The notes beneath the pieces are model-generated. The model made no database searches. It worked only from the letters and a program-made list of their open reading frames with translations, and was not told the origin of the DNA. DNA of 64,000 bases from Narcine bancroftii (lineage: Eukaryota): NCBI RefSeq assembly GCF_036971445.1, contig NC_091478.1, positions 15,066,001-15,130,000 of the forward strand, in the 5' to 3' direction. A program made the translations under genes and the position numbers. This document shows, piece after piece, positions 24,099 to 38,170 of this stretch; position 1 is the stretch's first letter, and every line of letters begins with the position of its first letter.

Positions 24099-24610
24099 GG
24101 CCTTTTCACACCACAGGTGAGCAATGACCCTACTCAGACTTGAGTGAAATTCCCAGGCCTTACTGCGGTCCAAATTCTCTGTAATTTTCCCTCCCCAGCA
24201 ATTTGGTAGGGGGTGGGGTCCCCCCACTCTAAGGGATGGCATAGTGAGTGACGCAATACGCACTCGCAGAAAGTCCTACTGGAAGTCGGATGACACTGTA
24301 ATGGCGGACGAGGATTTTCCAAAAATCAATAAAACTAATGTAATGCTTCAATAAATCGAGTAATTCGATCCATAATCCTACTGCATAAACACCTCTCCCA
24401 CAAACTATTTCTTCCTCGATTGGTGACGCAGAACGCTAGCGCTGACATCACGACACTTCCACTGCTCAGCTATTTGCCAATTCAGACTGCAGGGATAGGG
24501 TGGCCCGGGAAGTTTCCCTGGGCTAACATTTTCACACCACTGGTTCATGGGAGGGTTCCCGGGAAAATTTCCCAGGAATCCACATTTTTACACGGCAGTA
24601 TGAAAGGGCC
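24099..24610. mobile_element. PIF/Harbinger-like MITE
   Basis: TIR GGCCTTTTCACAC / GTATGAAAGGGCC; internal TTTTCACAC repeats. Confidence 0.65.
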
Positions 24611-25972
24611 TATGGATTAAATGAAAACAAAATCTGAGTGAAATAAAAATGAAAAGAATGATTGCATTTAACATTTCATGTGCTTAACTGGATGAACGTG
24701 AAGAGTCCAAAAGTGCACATCCTGGCAAATTATTATGAATCCATTTTTTTTCCTGTGCATTTAAACATACAATATTGGTGATTGCTATTAGCACAAAATA
24801 ACAAACACCAAATAAGGAAGTCTGCAGACGCTGTGATTGTAGTTTACACAAAAATGGTGGAGAAACTCAGCAATCCACACGGCATTCTTTATGTCTGAGC
24901 AGTAAATCCTTGCAAGGTCTACAACACCGTTAAGAGCTGCATTCTCTTGTGGATAAATGATCAAATTGAAGTTTCAAGTTATTACATGATTTGATGGGCA
25001 TTTCAGAATCTGAGTATTAGATTATAAAAGAGGTGGATACAGAAACGGTGACTGCATTAGTCACCATCTTCCAAAATCTCCAAGATTCTGGGGAAGGTCG
25101 GGCAGTCTCGCAGCAACAAATGCAACAACTCCATTCAACAAAATAAGGAGGAGAATGTAAGAAGCAGTCAGCTTAACATCTGCTGTTAACAGCAGGTTGG
25201 AGCCCTACATTATGGTAACAGGAAAATTTGGTTCCCTGTTTAAGGTTTCTTGAATCTTTGAAGTTCTTTACCTGGAAAAGATGTGGAGATTTGTTGATTT
25301 TTTTTGAAAAAGATGGTTGATTGACCAAAAATCATAGGCCCCAGCTTGATAGAAATTACTGCCCACATTTTGAAAAAGCTCAAACATCATTCAACTCATA
25401 TTATTGTGATCTATGTAAATCAATAACTTGTCAAAGCAAGCCTCTAATGTGAAGGATATGCCAGGAAACATTTTAGCAGGAGGCAAAATGAAAAATTTGG
25501 GGTGGCACAGTTAGGGCGACATTATTATAGCACCAACGATTCAGGTTCAAATCCTATAAGGAATTAAAAAAAAACTTAAGAAAATAGACTGGGCTGAACA
25601 ATTCAACAAACAACAGCTTGTTCAATAATACATCACTAATGCAGAGGGAGATTAGGGGAGGTGCAGATAAACCCAAAATCTGACTCAACAGACAAAGATA
25701 TCTCCGTTAAGCCACAGTTGAGACAAATGCACAAAAAAATCTTCACTTCATCATTCAGTACCCAGTTTGCCATGGTGATGCTTTTAAAATGAAACTTTGG
25801 AACAGCCAAAAAATTGATGAATATCACTTAACCTAGAAAACACAAGCTCATCATGACCTGTGTGCAAATCAAATTGACTTTCATTCTGACCATTTTTGTA
25901 ATATCGATGTGCAAAACAAATTCCCCAGATGCTGTGGAGTTAAGGGTATGATGACTGGATTTCTTTACTTAC

Positions 25973-26102
25973 CTGGCCTGTGAAAGTGCTGTGGAGAGCG
26001 GGCAACAGTGGGTGTATAACAGTGACGATTGTAGACAGGAGAGCCAATGGAACCCTGACTCGAGGACCTGTGCATGAGTCGATCACGAGCTTCATGATAC
26101 CC
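25973..26102 (-). CDS. ABLIM1: ABLIM1 coding exon (GYHEARDRLMHRSSSQGSIGSPVYNRHCYTPTVARSPQHFHRP)
   Basis: TTTCAG|GGGTATCAT...AGGCCAG|GTAAGT; 130 nt, phase 0 to 1; matches human GYQDVRDRMIHRSTSQGSINSPVYSRHSYTPTTSRSPQHFHRP. Confidence 0.95.
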
Positions 26103-27213
26103 CTGAAATAAATTTGCATAGATTATATTCTCAGCTCAGACAAGCATGAGAGCTAAACAAAATCATGTTTCAAACAGAGATGGCGTATTACTGCAAGATG
26201 GCTTAGAAGAATTGTACTGTGAAATTAACACACCCAGAGACCAGAATGGTAGGACTGTTATCATTGATCATGACAGATGCATCGCACTCTACAGCCAAGT
26301 CCACCAAAAAGGGGTAATCTCTTCCCTTATTTACTCAAAGTACACTGCATTTTAATGGATGTTTGGATGACTACAGTTCTCAGACTCGCACTGCACTTCC
26401 ATCAAGCTAATCAGCGTTATGTACACAAGAACATTAGAGCAAGGGGTCTGATCCCTAAGCTGCTGTTACACAATGTCTAATTACCCAGCACCAATTAAAT
26501 TTGAATAGGGTCTGACAGTTGGCTTTGAGAAGACCAGATCACTGAAAAGAAGAGGAAAGAAAGAATCCCATGCCCTCAGGAACCATTGTTAGAAAACATG
26601 GTACGCATATCCCACTTCATTACACTCAGTGACTATGAGTTGGATATGGAACAAACCTGAGGAAATAAAGTTGACACAGAATTAATTGAATTTTACAACA
26701 GTTTCAAGGAAATGTTCCAGTTTTTGTATTCCTACATCTACAACAAAATCATGACTTTCATTCAGGCAATTCTCAGTTTGTCTTGGTGGAAATAACAATC
26801 TCAAGACTGTTCTTTACGAGTGATTTTCTAATCTGATCTGATGTCTTACTTACAACGTGCACTAGTGATCATAGTTATCTCCAGCCACAGGAGATAATGG
26901 CCTGGGAACACTGTGCACGATGATAGAGGAAAACGGGCAGAAGGTGGGCGGCGAGACAAAAGTATGGATGAATACAGGCACAGGGCAAGAAAACTTGCAT
27001 CGTGGGATTATTTATGGATCATAATTTCTCTAACATTGGCCACTTCATTTATCAATCCCCTTTCTCCTTTGTATCTTGACGCAAGTCTGTTAACTTCAAG
27101 CTTGTATTGCATTTGAAAGGTGCAGCAAATTCCAAATCTTTGGTGTGAATCACACAACTTCATGATCACAGGGCTCTGGCTATGTGGCCAGCTGGGATTC
27201 CATTCATCTAATA

Positions 27214-27426
27214 CAGTAAAACCCCCTGTTATCCGGAATTCAAGCAACCAACAGCTTCAAGCAACCAGCGAAAAGAGAAAAAAAGAGGTAAATTAATTGG
27301 TTTAAAAATTTGCATGCCTTGCTGTCAGTTCACCAATCACACAACATGCAATTTCAAGTGACTGGAAAATGCACTTATCCGACATCTACCAATCGCCAAT
27401 GGTGCTGGATACCAAAGGTTTTACTG
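27214..27426. mobile_element. Tc1/mariner (Tigger-like) MITE
   Basis: TA|CAGTAAAACC...GGTTTTACTG|TA; a partial inverted copy of the same family lies at about 39867-39940. Confidence 0.85.
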
Positions 27427-29545
27427 TAGTACAAATAAGATTGATCAATTCATTCTTTCAGCTGTACCTCATGAAGAGCATTTGTACTGAAACAAATAAC
27501 CAGCAGATCAATGCAACTATAGATATATTTGTGCTTTTACTTTGAGTAAATCTTTAGCAATATTAGCTTCGGGCTTTTTAAGCAGACAGATAATTGTATT
27601 GATCAACCTTTTCATTGGAATCCCGTTTTTTATGGTGCCCAAGTGGAAATATTGTGCTTGCACGTCAATATTGCTAGATTAACATTGATGTTCTAAGCAG
27701 TGATCCCTCAACATTCCTTTAACGTTATTGATACATGACATGCAAAGTTCTCAGTTAACATCTGTTTCATCTTGCATTTGTATGTGAGCTCTTAGACAAC
27801 ACATGGATGAAGGAAAAGGTTTTATAAAATTGTTGTAAACAGCCACCATGAGGTTTTGCAAGCCTCCATTACAGATCTCTCATACAGCAGTCTCCTTGTC
27901 TGTGTGAGCCCCCTGCTGGCAGCCGAGTATAATCAAACAAGAACTATAATCTTTAAGGCCTTGCTAGTGGCAATGCAAGAAACAGGTTTTTCTTCCCCCA
28001 CCCCCCCCCCCCCCCACCAGTTTTGTCAGAAATCATTATTACTTAATTCCAGTGGAAAGGACAAGAAGATAGCACAACAGTTGCCAGCGTCAAGTAAAAA
28101 ATAAATTGCACCATTATTCAAACCTTACTTAATGACTAATTTTAACTGAAAGAAAAGCCACAAGGACAGTAAAGTCATTTCGACAATGGGGGGGGGGGGG
28201 GGGGGCAATCACAACAGAGGGACAAAGAGATGAAACAGGAAATGATCCAAGGAAGAAGTATGGTAGGTAAGAAGAAGAACATTTTGTAAGAGGATTTAAA
28301 AGGGAAGTCAGACTTTAACACCTGCCTTTCTTGGGCTTCCCATTTTATTCAATATTTTTCAGATACAGAATGGAAGGGGTGAAACAAACCATGTTGGTGA
28401 GATAGAAGGAAAAACTTCTTGAGAGCAGGAGTCAATATTTGATTTGCAATGAGATACTTCATTCCATTGAAGTTGTAAGGCTGAATATCGCACCATACAA
28501 CCTCTATTTATAGTCAATCTTCAGTAGGTCAATTTGATGTAGTGGTTGATCCTGTTTGACATTAAATGAAAGCAGTGTGCTTTCTAAGGGTCCTTTCCTG
28601 GTAAGCAGCCTCTGAATATATCCATAATTTAGATCCATAATTTATCAATTAGTGAAGTCTGTGAAATACCAGCGGCAGCCATTGACCCCATGTTAAGAGT
28701 AATTCTGACATGCTTATTCCTGGAGGCATTTCAGAAGCATGGTTTCCTCCTTGTATCTCACAGACAGAAACACTGCTGTCAGATTTAGCAAGTCGCACAA
28801 CATTTCAAAAAAACACCCCAGTCGCCTGGAACTCCCAATGGCTCAGGACTGGTCATCTATCATCTCACTGTACCTGGAGCTGTGATGTGCGAATTTAATA
28901 CTTTCCCACATGGTGAATTATAAAGAAGGCTAAGAAAATATATGAAACGATGCAAGAAAAATAAGGGGTGAAAGGTGTGGGGAAAGGAAAAATATTAGAT
29001 TGTTGTGGAGTAGGTTTACATTGGTCAGTGTAACATCGTGAGATGAAAGGACCTATACTGGGCTGTAACATTCTCTGCTCTAATGACTGTGCTACCTGCT
29101 TCTCTCCCACAATTTGTAACAAGATGAGAGAAGATTTTAAACAATATAATCACCAAGTTCAACAGGAAATAGCATATCAAATGTGCTTTGCACATTTTAA
29201 GAGCAATTAGAATCCAGTATTTGCAGACAGTCGTGGTACGATTGATTTCATGAGGATTTATTTGTTTAAAGCCACAGGCAAAATAATCACATTGGCCACG
29301 TAATGACATTTCTTCGTGTTGCTGACAGCTATTTGCCTCCTCCAGAGACACAAATGACATCTGACTGATCATCTCATGTTTCCTGATTTTCCTAAACAAT
29401 TCTGATGGGGCCATTGGCTTTTGCAATTTAAATAGCTGCTGGTCTGTGGCCCTTTCAGTAAGTAGACTGAAACTGTTGCTTCACTCCACTGCTGTGCTCC
29501 ATGGAGATTATGCTGGGAAAATTGATCCCATGCCAGGTTCGATCT

Positions 29546-29655
29546 TTATAAAACATTTGCCAGGTTACACTTAAGTATTGTGTGCAGTTCTGATTGTCAC
29601 ACTGTAGAAAGGATGCAAATGAACTGGAGAAGGTGCAAAGGAGATCCACCAAAAT
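29546..29655 (+). mobile_element. CR1-type LINE fragment
   Basis: YKTFARLHLKYCVQF*..HCRKDANELEKVQRRSTKM resembles the CR1 LEYCVQFW..LERVQRRFT motif. Confidence 0.7.
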
Positions 29656-29811
29656 GTGTGAAGCATAAAAGTCTGCAGACACTGTGATTACAGTAAAAAC
29701 ATAGAAATGCTGGAGGAACTCAGCAGGTCTTGCAGCTTTCCACAGGAGGTAAAAATACTGATGTTTCAGCCCTGAGTCTTTCTTCATATCTTGATATGAC
29801 AGTATCACAAA

Positions 29812-30606
29812 CGGCAATGAGGAAGTGTACAGGAGGGAGACGATCAGCTCACTGAATGATGTAATGACTACAACTTTGCACTCAATGTCAGCAAAACCAA
29901 AGAGATGATTGTGGACTTCAGGAGGAAGTCGGAGAACACGACTCAGTCCTCATTGACGGCTCAGTAGTGGAGAGAGTCAAGAACTTCAAATTCCTGGGTG
30001 TCACCATCTCCGAGGATCTGTCCTGGAGCCTCCACGTAGATGCAATCACAAAGAAGGCTTGCTAGCGACTATACTTCGTGAGGTGTCTGAGGAGATTCAC
30101 CTAAGACTTTTGTAAACTTCTATACATGTACCATGGAGAGCATTCTGGCTGGTTGCATCACTGCCTGGTAATGAAGGCACCAACTCTCAGGACAAGAATA
30201 AACTCCAGAGGGTAGTTAACTTGGCCTGCAACATCACAGGCACCAGACTTCTCTCCATCATGGACATCTACACGAGGCGGTGTCTTAAAAAAACCCAACC
30301 TCTTTATCCTCAAAGAACCCACCACCCAGGCCATGCCTCTTCACTCTGCTAACCATGAAAAAGGTACTGGAGGCTAAAGACAAGCACTCAATGGCACATG
30401 GACAGCTTCTTCCCCACTGCCATCAGATATCAGATTCCTGAATAATCAGTGAACCACAGATACTGCCTTACTGTTTGCACACTATTAATTTCACTTTTTT
30501 ATAGTGATGTCATAAGATGGATAATAATATGAACACTTGCACTGTAACGCTGCCGCAAAACACCGAATTTCACGATTTGTTCATGACTATAAATTCTGAT
30601 TCTGAA
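29812..30606 (+). mobile_element. Rex1/Babar-type LINE 3' fragment, decayed
   Basis: Encodes ALNVSKTKEMIVDFRR, VERVKNFKFLGVTISEDLSWS and FYTCTMESILAGCITAW; ends with an (ATTCTG)n tail. Confidence 0.85.
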
Positions 30607-31837
30607 TATATCTTTACCTCTTTTGGATGAGACCTATTAAGTTCTTCCATTATTTCTGTGTTCTTATTGTAAACAAAATACTACCTGGTTTGGAGCACTT
30701 CAGTAACAAGGAGAGAATGAACAGATTGGTTTTGTCCTTCATGGAGAGAAGGATAATGTGTATTTGATTATGAAGGGAATAGATAGGATAGACTCTCTTT
30801 TCCTTGGTGGGGTGTCTGAAATAAAAGCAGTGATCCAAAGTGAGAAGGAGGTGGTTTGGAGGGGATTCCCGAGGGAATGTTTTCACAAAAAGAGGTGGAG
30901 GAAGTGAATTCTCTCACCAAGATTTAAAATCTCCTCCCTGCTTTGATTGGCAGGCAGGAAGCCTATGGATGGGGCTGCCAGTTGTCAAAGCTTTCAGGGC
31001 AGTTTCAGCATGGGGCATCCTCACTATTCTGCTTGAGATCCTGATCCTATCTGGAGCACTCTGTGGGATTCTGGCATGAGCGATTGGGGCTAGGTCGATA
31101 CAGGAGGCGTGGACCACCAGTGACAATCCTTGGCAGGGGCAGGGGCAGGGGCTGAAAAGATCTGCCCTGTAGTATTCTCTTTTAGTGAGATAATATATAT
31201 GAAAGAACCTATGAAAATCCACAGGGTAAACTACTGTGAGATCCATTTACTAGGCACCTGCTGTTACTGTGCATGTGTTTAATGGACCAGTCCATATATT
31301 TCTTTTCCAAAAGAAGGTGCACTCGCCAATAAAAAGCAACCATCCAGTCACCCAAATCCAGAAAGCAATTATCAATAGGATGTTTTCTTTTCAGAGCAAG
31401 AGATATTGTCGTCATTGTTGCATAGACAGAACAAAATGAAAGGGCTAATAATATCCTTTCTGGCGATATTCTTTCGAGGATCTGTGTTGCAAAACTGAGG
31501 CAACAATAATCTGCATCTTTGATTTGAAATATGAGCGGCAAAGCAAAACACAAGTGAATTGTAATCAGTCAAATCCATCTGACGACAACCTCTGCTGGCA
31601 CATTTTCAGCAATTATTATTTTCATTTGAGATTTCTAGCACAGATAGTTTGTCTTTCATCTTGAGCAAAGTGGTTCCATTGGGTTCCACTGCAATGTGCT
31701 TTGCCTCAACACCCCTCGGGAACTGTTCAACAGAACTGCACGATGCTGCTGATGCGCTAAAGTTCTCACTTTTGCATGAAGCAAAAGAATATCGAGTGGA
31801 GAGGGCCGAGAGGTGAATGTGAAGTGGTAATACTAAC

Positions 31838-31873
31838 CTCAGCTGAAGAGGTGGGGGAAAGTGTCCTTGGCGA
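31838..31873 (-). CDS. ABLIM1: ABLIM1 36-nt exon (SPRTLSPTSSAE)
   Basis: Polypyrimidine tract TTTCTTTTTTCTTTATCTCACAG|TCGCCAAGG...GCTGAG|GTTAGT; phase 0-0; matches human SPRTLSPTPSAE. Confidence 0.93.
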
Positions 31874-34800
31874 CTGTGAGATAAAGAAAAAAGAAACATG
31901 TAAAACTTTCTGGATTACATCAGATAGAAATTGATTGAGCTTGAAAAATACCTCACCATGAACCTTGGTTTGTTTCTGGGACATAGATGAGTGAGAAAAA
32001 ATACACACTTTGTGATTAAATAAATTACATTGAACAAAATACTCCCATCTATGTTATAATGAAACAGATACAAATCAGGAAAATATTGGGACAAAACATA
32101 TCAACAAAGCATGAGCCAAGACATACAAATGGTTAATGCTAATTATTAAAATTATTTTTACATACATACATACACACTGGGACTGTTTTCCTTTAATTGT
32201 GTCAGTTTAGTAAAGGGAATCAGAGCAAAAAAACATTTCTTGGAAAACACATAATGCACTTGTTCTGCCTTTTATCCTTTTCCCTTGTCTGGTCTAATTG
32301 ACAGCTCACTGGAAGCAACAATCTATTAAGTAATAGATTGTTGCAAGAGTGAAGCCGATATGATTTTTGCAGGTATTCTCCTCTCTATCACAGTTTACCG
32401 TAGGATAGGCTTCTAACATTCCTTCAGTCAATGCATTCCACTTGAGAACAATTTCTCCACCAGCACCACTTCATCTACATATAAAGTGTCAAAACAACTT
32501 GTGTCTGGGAACTTTTCAGTTGCAGGACACTGGTCCATTTATTCACAATGTTTTCAAATTTATACCAGTAAATAAAATGGGGAATTAAAACAGCGAAATG
32601 AGCTTGTGCCTTTTTTAAAGGTGGGTAGACAATGTTCAGATTACATTACAAATCCAGTTCTTTTCATATGATTCTGTAAGGTTTGCAGGCACCAACTTTC
32701 ATTTTCATTTGGAATCATGCATCACTGAAGGAGAACACTTGGCCCATCGTGGCCAAGAACAATTTCGAAGCTGCCCTTTCCTTATGACCCTCCCTATACC
32801 GTAAGTAATACTGGAAATATGCCCTCAACATCCACTTGGTTAATTTAATCCACATTATCATTTGTTGAGTTGAATCCAAGTCTCCTCCCCTCTTAATTAT
32901 TTTGTGCCACTGCTCTTACTGAGCATCTAACAGTGGAGGGAGGAGTGCCATTCATCCTCCTGGGACAATCACAATGTCCCGCTTACTCTGTAATGCTGGC
33001 TCACAACTGGAAATTGCACACTCTAATAGGGCTCAGTAATAAATGGGGCAATAATGTTACAAGTAAAACCAAATCATGGCGTGGATTCTGTGCTGACAAA
33101 AAAGCTCTTGGTAACATAAACGCTGTTGAGATTTGACATACAACAAGAGCTTTCAGTTCCCTTCGTGTTGGGTCAGAGGAAGGCTGCGGCTAAGGACTGT
33201 AGAGTTACCATCTTCTCCTGGCCAACAATGGTCCAGTTCTCCCCTCCAAGCCATTTGTCATTTTGAAAGAAATAGCAAGCAGAGGAAATCCACACAAATA
33301 TACTTATGACACCGACACACATGGCAATTCTCTCCCCATTCACAAGGTTTACAAATTACAACTCAAGCTCAAAAGATATTTAATTCAATCATTTAATCAA
33401 AACATTTGCCTACATTCTTCACTAACCAGTCATTTCATTCAGCTTTTATCCTTTTCTCACATAAATGACGTGCCGTGAGCTACCAACCTACATGACCGTT
33501 ATTGTCAATAATCCTAAGAATTGTCAGTATCTCAAACACAAAGGTCCAATTATGCGTTACTTTGCCACCGACTTTTAGATAACAGCTCCTTCCTTCAATT
33601 TTGTCTTGTTTTAAATGTTGCATCCCTGTGGACTGGCACAATGAAAGGAATGATAATGATTAAGGTGAAATTGTAGTATCAGGTAAATAAGATGTATTGG
33701 AACAAATTATTTAATCATTTTTTATCAGCTACAAAATATTCTTAAAAAGACACTACTTTTGAGTGGACATGGAATTTGACAAACAATTTTTTTTCCAAAT
33801 CTGTAAGACTGCTTTAAAAAAACTGAGAAATTTGACCACGGGAATATTCTGCTGAGAGGAAGCTGTCCAATGAGGATTCAAATGCTTCCTTAAAAACCAG
33901 TCCTAATTTCAAAGAGTTAGTAGTGTTAGTAGGGCCAGCAGAAAGATGCTTTATCTCTCAATGGGAAATCTGCAACAATCCCAACATCCAAATGAAATTT
34001 CAAATGCCCAGTTGTACCAATAGACAATAGTACTGAATAATATCAAAGTTCTCAATTTCATTAATTATTTTTTAAAAATCCTGTTTTAGGGAAAATGGAG
34101 GAGGATTCATTCAACCAATGCATTGTTGTGGAGAGTTTGCTGCAGGTTTCTATGGACTCATTGGCCTCAGCAATCAGAGAAGTTAGTCATGTTCAATTGC
34201 ACGATTCTTGTGCAAAACACTCATTACCAACTTACAGTTTCACTCTGAAAAACTGAGTCATTGTCACTTCTTCTATACCGAGACTGTCAAAGAGAATCAA
34301 TTTTTAATTTTCAGCACTGAGCATCAATTTGTAAACAACTACCCCTTTACTAGTTTCAGATTTCTGGTGCTTAGCTTTAAATGCAAATATCTCTGGGATT
34401 AAAAAAATTCAGTTGATCCTTTATCTGTTTCACCTTCTTACTCAAACCCTATATCTTGACTTTTGTAGACCAATTACCTGTAATCCATAGCCTTCTGAGG
34501 TTGAGAAATCGAACAATTCTGATGCCTTTGAGTGAAGAATTAATTGAGTACAGAATAGACTCTTTGGCCCAACTTGCCCACGTTGACCAAGGTGGCCTCC
34601 TGGCAAGCTCTATTTATCTGTATTTCGTTCATATCCTTCGAAATCTTTCCGAGTAACATACCTGCTCAAATGCTTTTGTAATGTTGTAATTATACCCGCT
34701 CCATAGACTCCTTTGCCAGCTCTTTCCAGATAAAGGCTACCTTCTGAATGAAAATGTTATCCTTCAGATCTCTCCTGAGTTTCTTCTCTTACCTTAAACC

Positions 34801-35474
34801 TATCCTCACCTTAATTCGAAAAGGCTGATTCGTTATCCAAAGATAACGATCCTTGGTTCTCATCTCAACCTGGAAGAAACTTCCTCTTAGCATTTTTTCC
34901 ATCAGTCCCTCTCGGAATACCCTTCAATTAAATCATCTAAGGTTTTGTTTTTGTTTCTGTGGCCCATCCATCCTTTCACAGAAGTATCTCCTTATACATG
35001 GAGCCTTCCATACTATGACAAATTATGTCTCCTTTAATTTACTCTCCAACAGAAGACTGGTCTACAAAATAAAGACTCCTTCCATTTCATTCCCTTAGTG
35101 TTCAGTTTGTGGTCTTCACATTTCTCGAGTTCTCCAATTGCCTGATATGTTAACCACTGACCTCAGCACCCTTCCCTCTTTCTGGGGCTCCTCTCATCAC
35201 CCTCAAGTCTGCATCCCACTGGAAATTACATCCTCCCAAATGTCAACCTGTTGATAAACTGCACAAGTAGTAGTGCAGGTTTCCAGCCTGTGTTAAAAGA
35301 AGCTTCAAACACAAAACCTCTTTGGACTTCCTGCCAACTTCTTTGGGAGGGTTAGGGCAGACACACAGTCCATTATGCATCCCTCGTGCAGCGGAACTAA
35401 AAGCTAATCCCAGAATGATGAGCGAACAAATGTAGGCCAATGCATGTTGAAATTCCCAGTCAGGTGTACTTTAC

Positions 35475-35630
35475 CTCTCCCATACTGTGACGTTCATGTC
35501 TATCCTCAATTTTAGCACCAAAATACGGCTCGTATGTGATCAGGTCAGGACGTTCAATATCATAAATGGCCTTAACTTTGGGTATGGCAGCTAGATCCTT
35601 GTAGTCAATAATCTCATTGTCCACTTTTGC
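35475..35630 (-). CDS. ABLIM1: ABLIM1 coding exon, conserved ABLIM/dematin anchor region (AKVDNEIIDYKDLAAIPKVKAIYDIERPDLITYEPYFGAKIEDRHERHSMGE)
   Basis: TCTTCCTAG|GCAAAAGTG...GGAGAG|GTAAAG; 156 nt, phase 0-0; YKDLAAIPKVKAIYDIERPDL is an ABLIM/dematin hallmark. Confidence 0.97.
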
Positions 35631-35727
35631 CTAGGAAGAGAAAATAAACAGGAATATTTCAGAATGTGAACAAAATTCTCAATCTAAAACGAGCTTATAA
35701 GATAACAGTATAATGTCTAAAGAAACA

Positions 35728-36867
35728 GGTTACAGGTAAATTCACTAAAACAAGTCATTGATGGAAATTCACCATGAGAAAACTCACGGACCATCAAATT
35801 CACCCCAATAAAATTCACCTTCAATTGAAAGAATGAAAAATGTCATTGCTCCCGCGATTATCTATGCTAGTTCTCCCCCATCCCCCACGCACGGGGAGTT
35901 TGCCTCTCCCAATCCCCTCCTCACGGGATACACAGCTAGACTCGAGTTTCGGGCTGATTTTGTGCTGCAGTCCTAGACTCTAACGATCTCCCCTCCCACC
36001 ATTCCCTCTCTCCCCTACCAGTCACCCCAAGAGAGACCTCTGCAGTTGGGGGTCGAAGGAGGCCCAAGGAGGATTCAGACAACAATGGTCTTTGTGAACA
36101 TGAACTGCATAAAAAAAACCAGGACTGAGAGAGCAAGGAGGAGGAGGAGGAGGAGGAGTGATGCAAAGGCGGGAGACAGAGAGTGAATGAGATGGTGGAG
36201 GGGGACCTCTGGAGCCATACTAACCTATTTTTAATGGCATGCATATGTTTTTGAAGACCAGAATTCAGCCATTGGACAACTGCCCTGTTCTGCAGAAGAC
36301 TTCCTGTGTCCCTTGGGGTGGGGAAACATCCTGACAGTTTCACCTGTTGGAGAGGTGGTACTGTGAGGGTGCACCGGACACAAGGAGAGCTGGCACGCAT
36401 CCCTAGAGACTGCAGGCACTCCGCTCTCCTGTTCTGGCTGATGGTGAATGAAGAATCTGATTTCCTCCCTCCCCCCCCCCCCCACCCCAAGTCCTGTTGG
36501 GGGTGAGCGCAGATCTTTCAACTCCAGAGTGGGTGGACCAGATGCAGACTGGCAGCGATGGTTTGAGCCGAGGGAAGGCCATTTACCGCACCTTATCTCC
36601 CTGCTACCACATCCCAGCCGACATGCTGATGGGGGTGATTCACTGATGGTGATAATGAGTAATTAAAAATCGGTGAATTAGACGGTCGGTGACTTTTTTT
36701 GGGGGGGGGTCGTTGGGGGTTGGTGACTTTTTTGGGGTTGGTGATTTTGACAGTCGGTGATGTTTTTTTATTGGTGAATTAGGTGGTCGGTGATGTTTTT
36801 GTCGGTGAATTAGATGGTCAGTGATTTTTTTTTTGTCAGTGAATTTTCTGTCAGTGAACTGCACATC
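35728..36867. mobile_element. Foldback/MULE-like non-autonomous DNA element
   Basis: AAATTCACC repeats at the left end (35738-35820) are inverted relative to a TCGGTGA array at the right end (36670-36857); flanks AAAGAAACA and AAAGAAGCA form a probable 9-bp TSD. Confidence 0.55.
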
Positions 36868-37796
36868 AAAGAAGCAGGAATGAAGACCAGAATTTCAGAT
36901 GGAACAAACAATATGGAAAAAAAAACATCCTAGCTTGTACTTGGTATCTTGCTAGCTTCAAGGTAACTGGATGAATGGAGGTTAATACAATTAACTTTTC
37001 GCACACGTTGAGCACTGGAGATTAAAAGAGGATTTCTCCCCTTTGTGATTTTATTGCTAATTTGTTGTGTGCATTTAACGTAAAAGTTATTAGCAGAAAA
37101 ATCTGCATGTCAGAAAAAAAGAGATAGGTACAAAGTGAAACTCAATCTACTCCACTCCAACCACTTGTCATCTGCCTTGTAAAACCACCCTCAGCTATTT
37201 AAATGATCTTGTGGGCTTGGTCAAGAAATTGCTAGAGAGGGGCTGAATGGACTGCATTTACCCCATACATGCCGGCTTTAGAAATTTTACTCACTGGCAG
37301 CTCAAAGGCAACAACCAGGGGTACAGTGCTGCCAGAGCTCACCGGAGCACTGCTCCTACACCTCATGAGGCTTCTCCGGCACCTCCTTGTCGCTGGGTTT
37401 GGTGAGCTCCAGCCTCTAAAAAAAATTAGCACTGCACCCCTGGAAACAACAATTTTGAGAAGGCATGTCAAAGGAACAACGTTTTGTCACAACTTACAAA
37501 CTGCATAATGCAATCATCAGATGCAAATGCAGAAAACACAAAGGTTGAATGTCAACTTGTCAAATGAAGTCATAGCTCACTGAATCCACTGGTGCTTAAT
37601 TTGTTGCCTGGAGATCCATTTTTATTTTGTTCAAGAACTGTAACATTACATAGTCATTCATCTTCAAGCAATGCCTCAAAGGAAAACATATTCCATGAAA
37701 TAATGGTCAAGAAGGGATAAACCTGGTTTCAAGAGTCAGCTATCAGTGGAGGTTTTCTTCTCAAGTAACAGGTTGTCAGGGCAGGTATTTCCAAGT

Positions 37797-38170
37797 CAGA
37801 ATCAGGTTTATTGTCATGAACATATCATAAAATTTGTTGTTTTGGAGCAGCATCAATTGTGGATTACACATGCAAACATTGCTCTAAATGACAGTTCTAT
37901 GAATATTTAAAAATAAGAAAAATTGAGAAAAAAGTGACGTAGCATCTATGGTTCATTGTCCATTCATAAATCTGATGGCAGAGGGGAAGAAGTTGTTTTT
38001 GTAATGCTGGGTATGCATCTTCAGGCTCCTGTACCTCCTTCCAGTGGAAAGGGGGTTTGGCCTGGGTGATGAGGGTCCTTGATAATAGAGGCTTCTTTCT
38101 TGAGACACCACCTCTTAAAGGTGTCCTGAATAGAGGGGAGACAAATGCCCATGATGGCACTGGTCGAATT
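37797..38170 (-). mobile_element. Rex1/Babar-type LINE 3' fragment
   Basis: Reverse complement has an AATAAACCTGATTCTGA tail and similarity to the 3' part of 29812-30606. Confidence 0.7.

Noticed and set aside
35936-36666. Cluster of ORFs up to 184 aa
   Set aside because: They are in the low-complexity GC-rich interior of the foldback-like element and show no protein motifs.
36660-36860. Short TCGGTGA repeats with variable spacers (CRISPR- or iteron-like)
   Set aside because: The spacers are low-complexity T/G runs; a transposon subterminal array explains them better.
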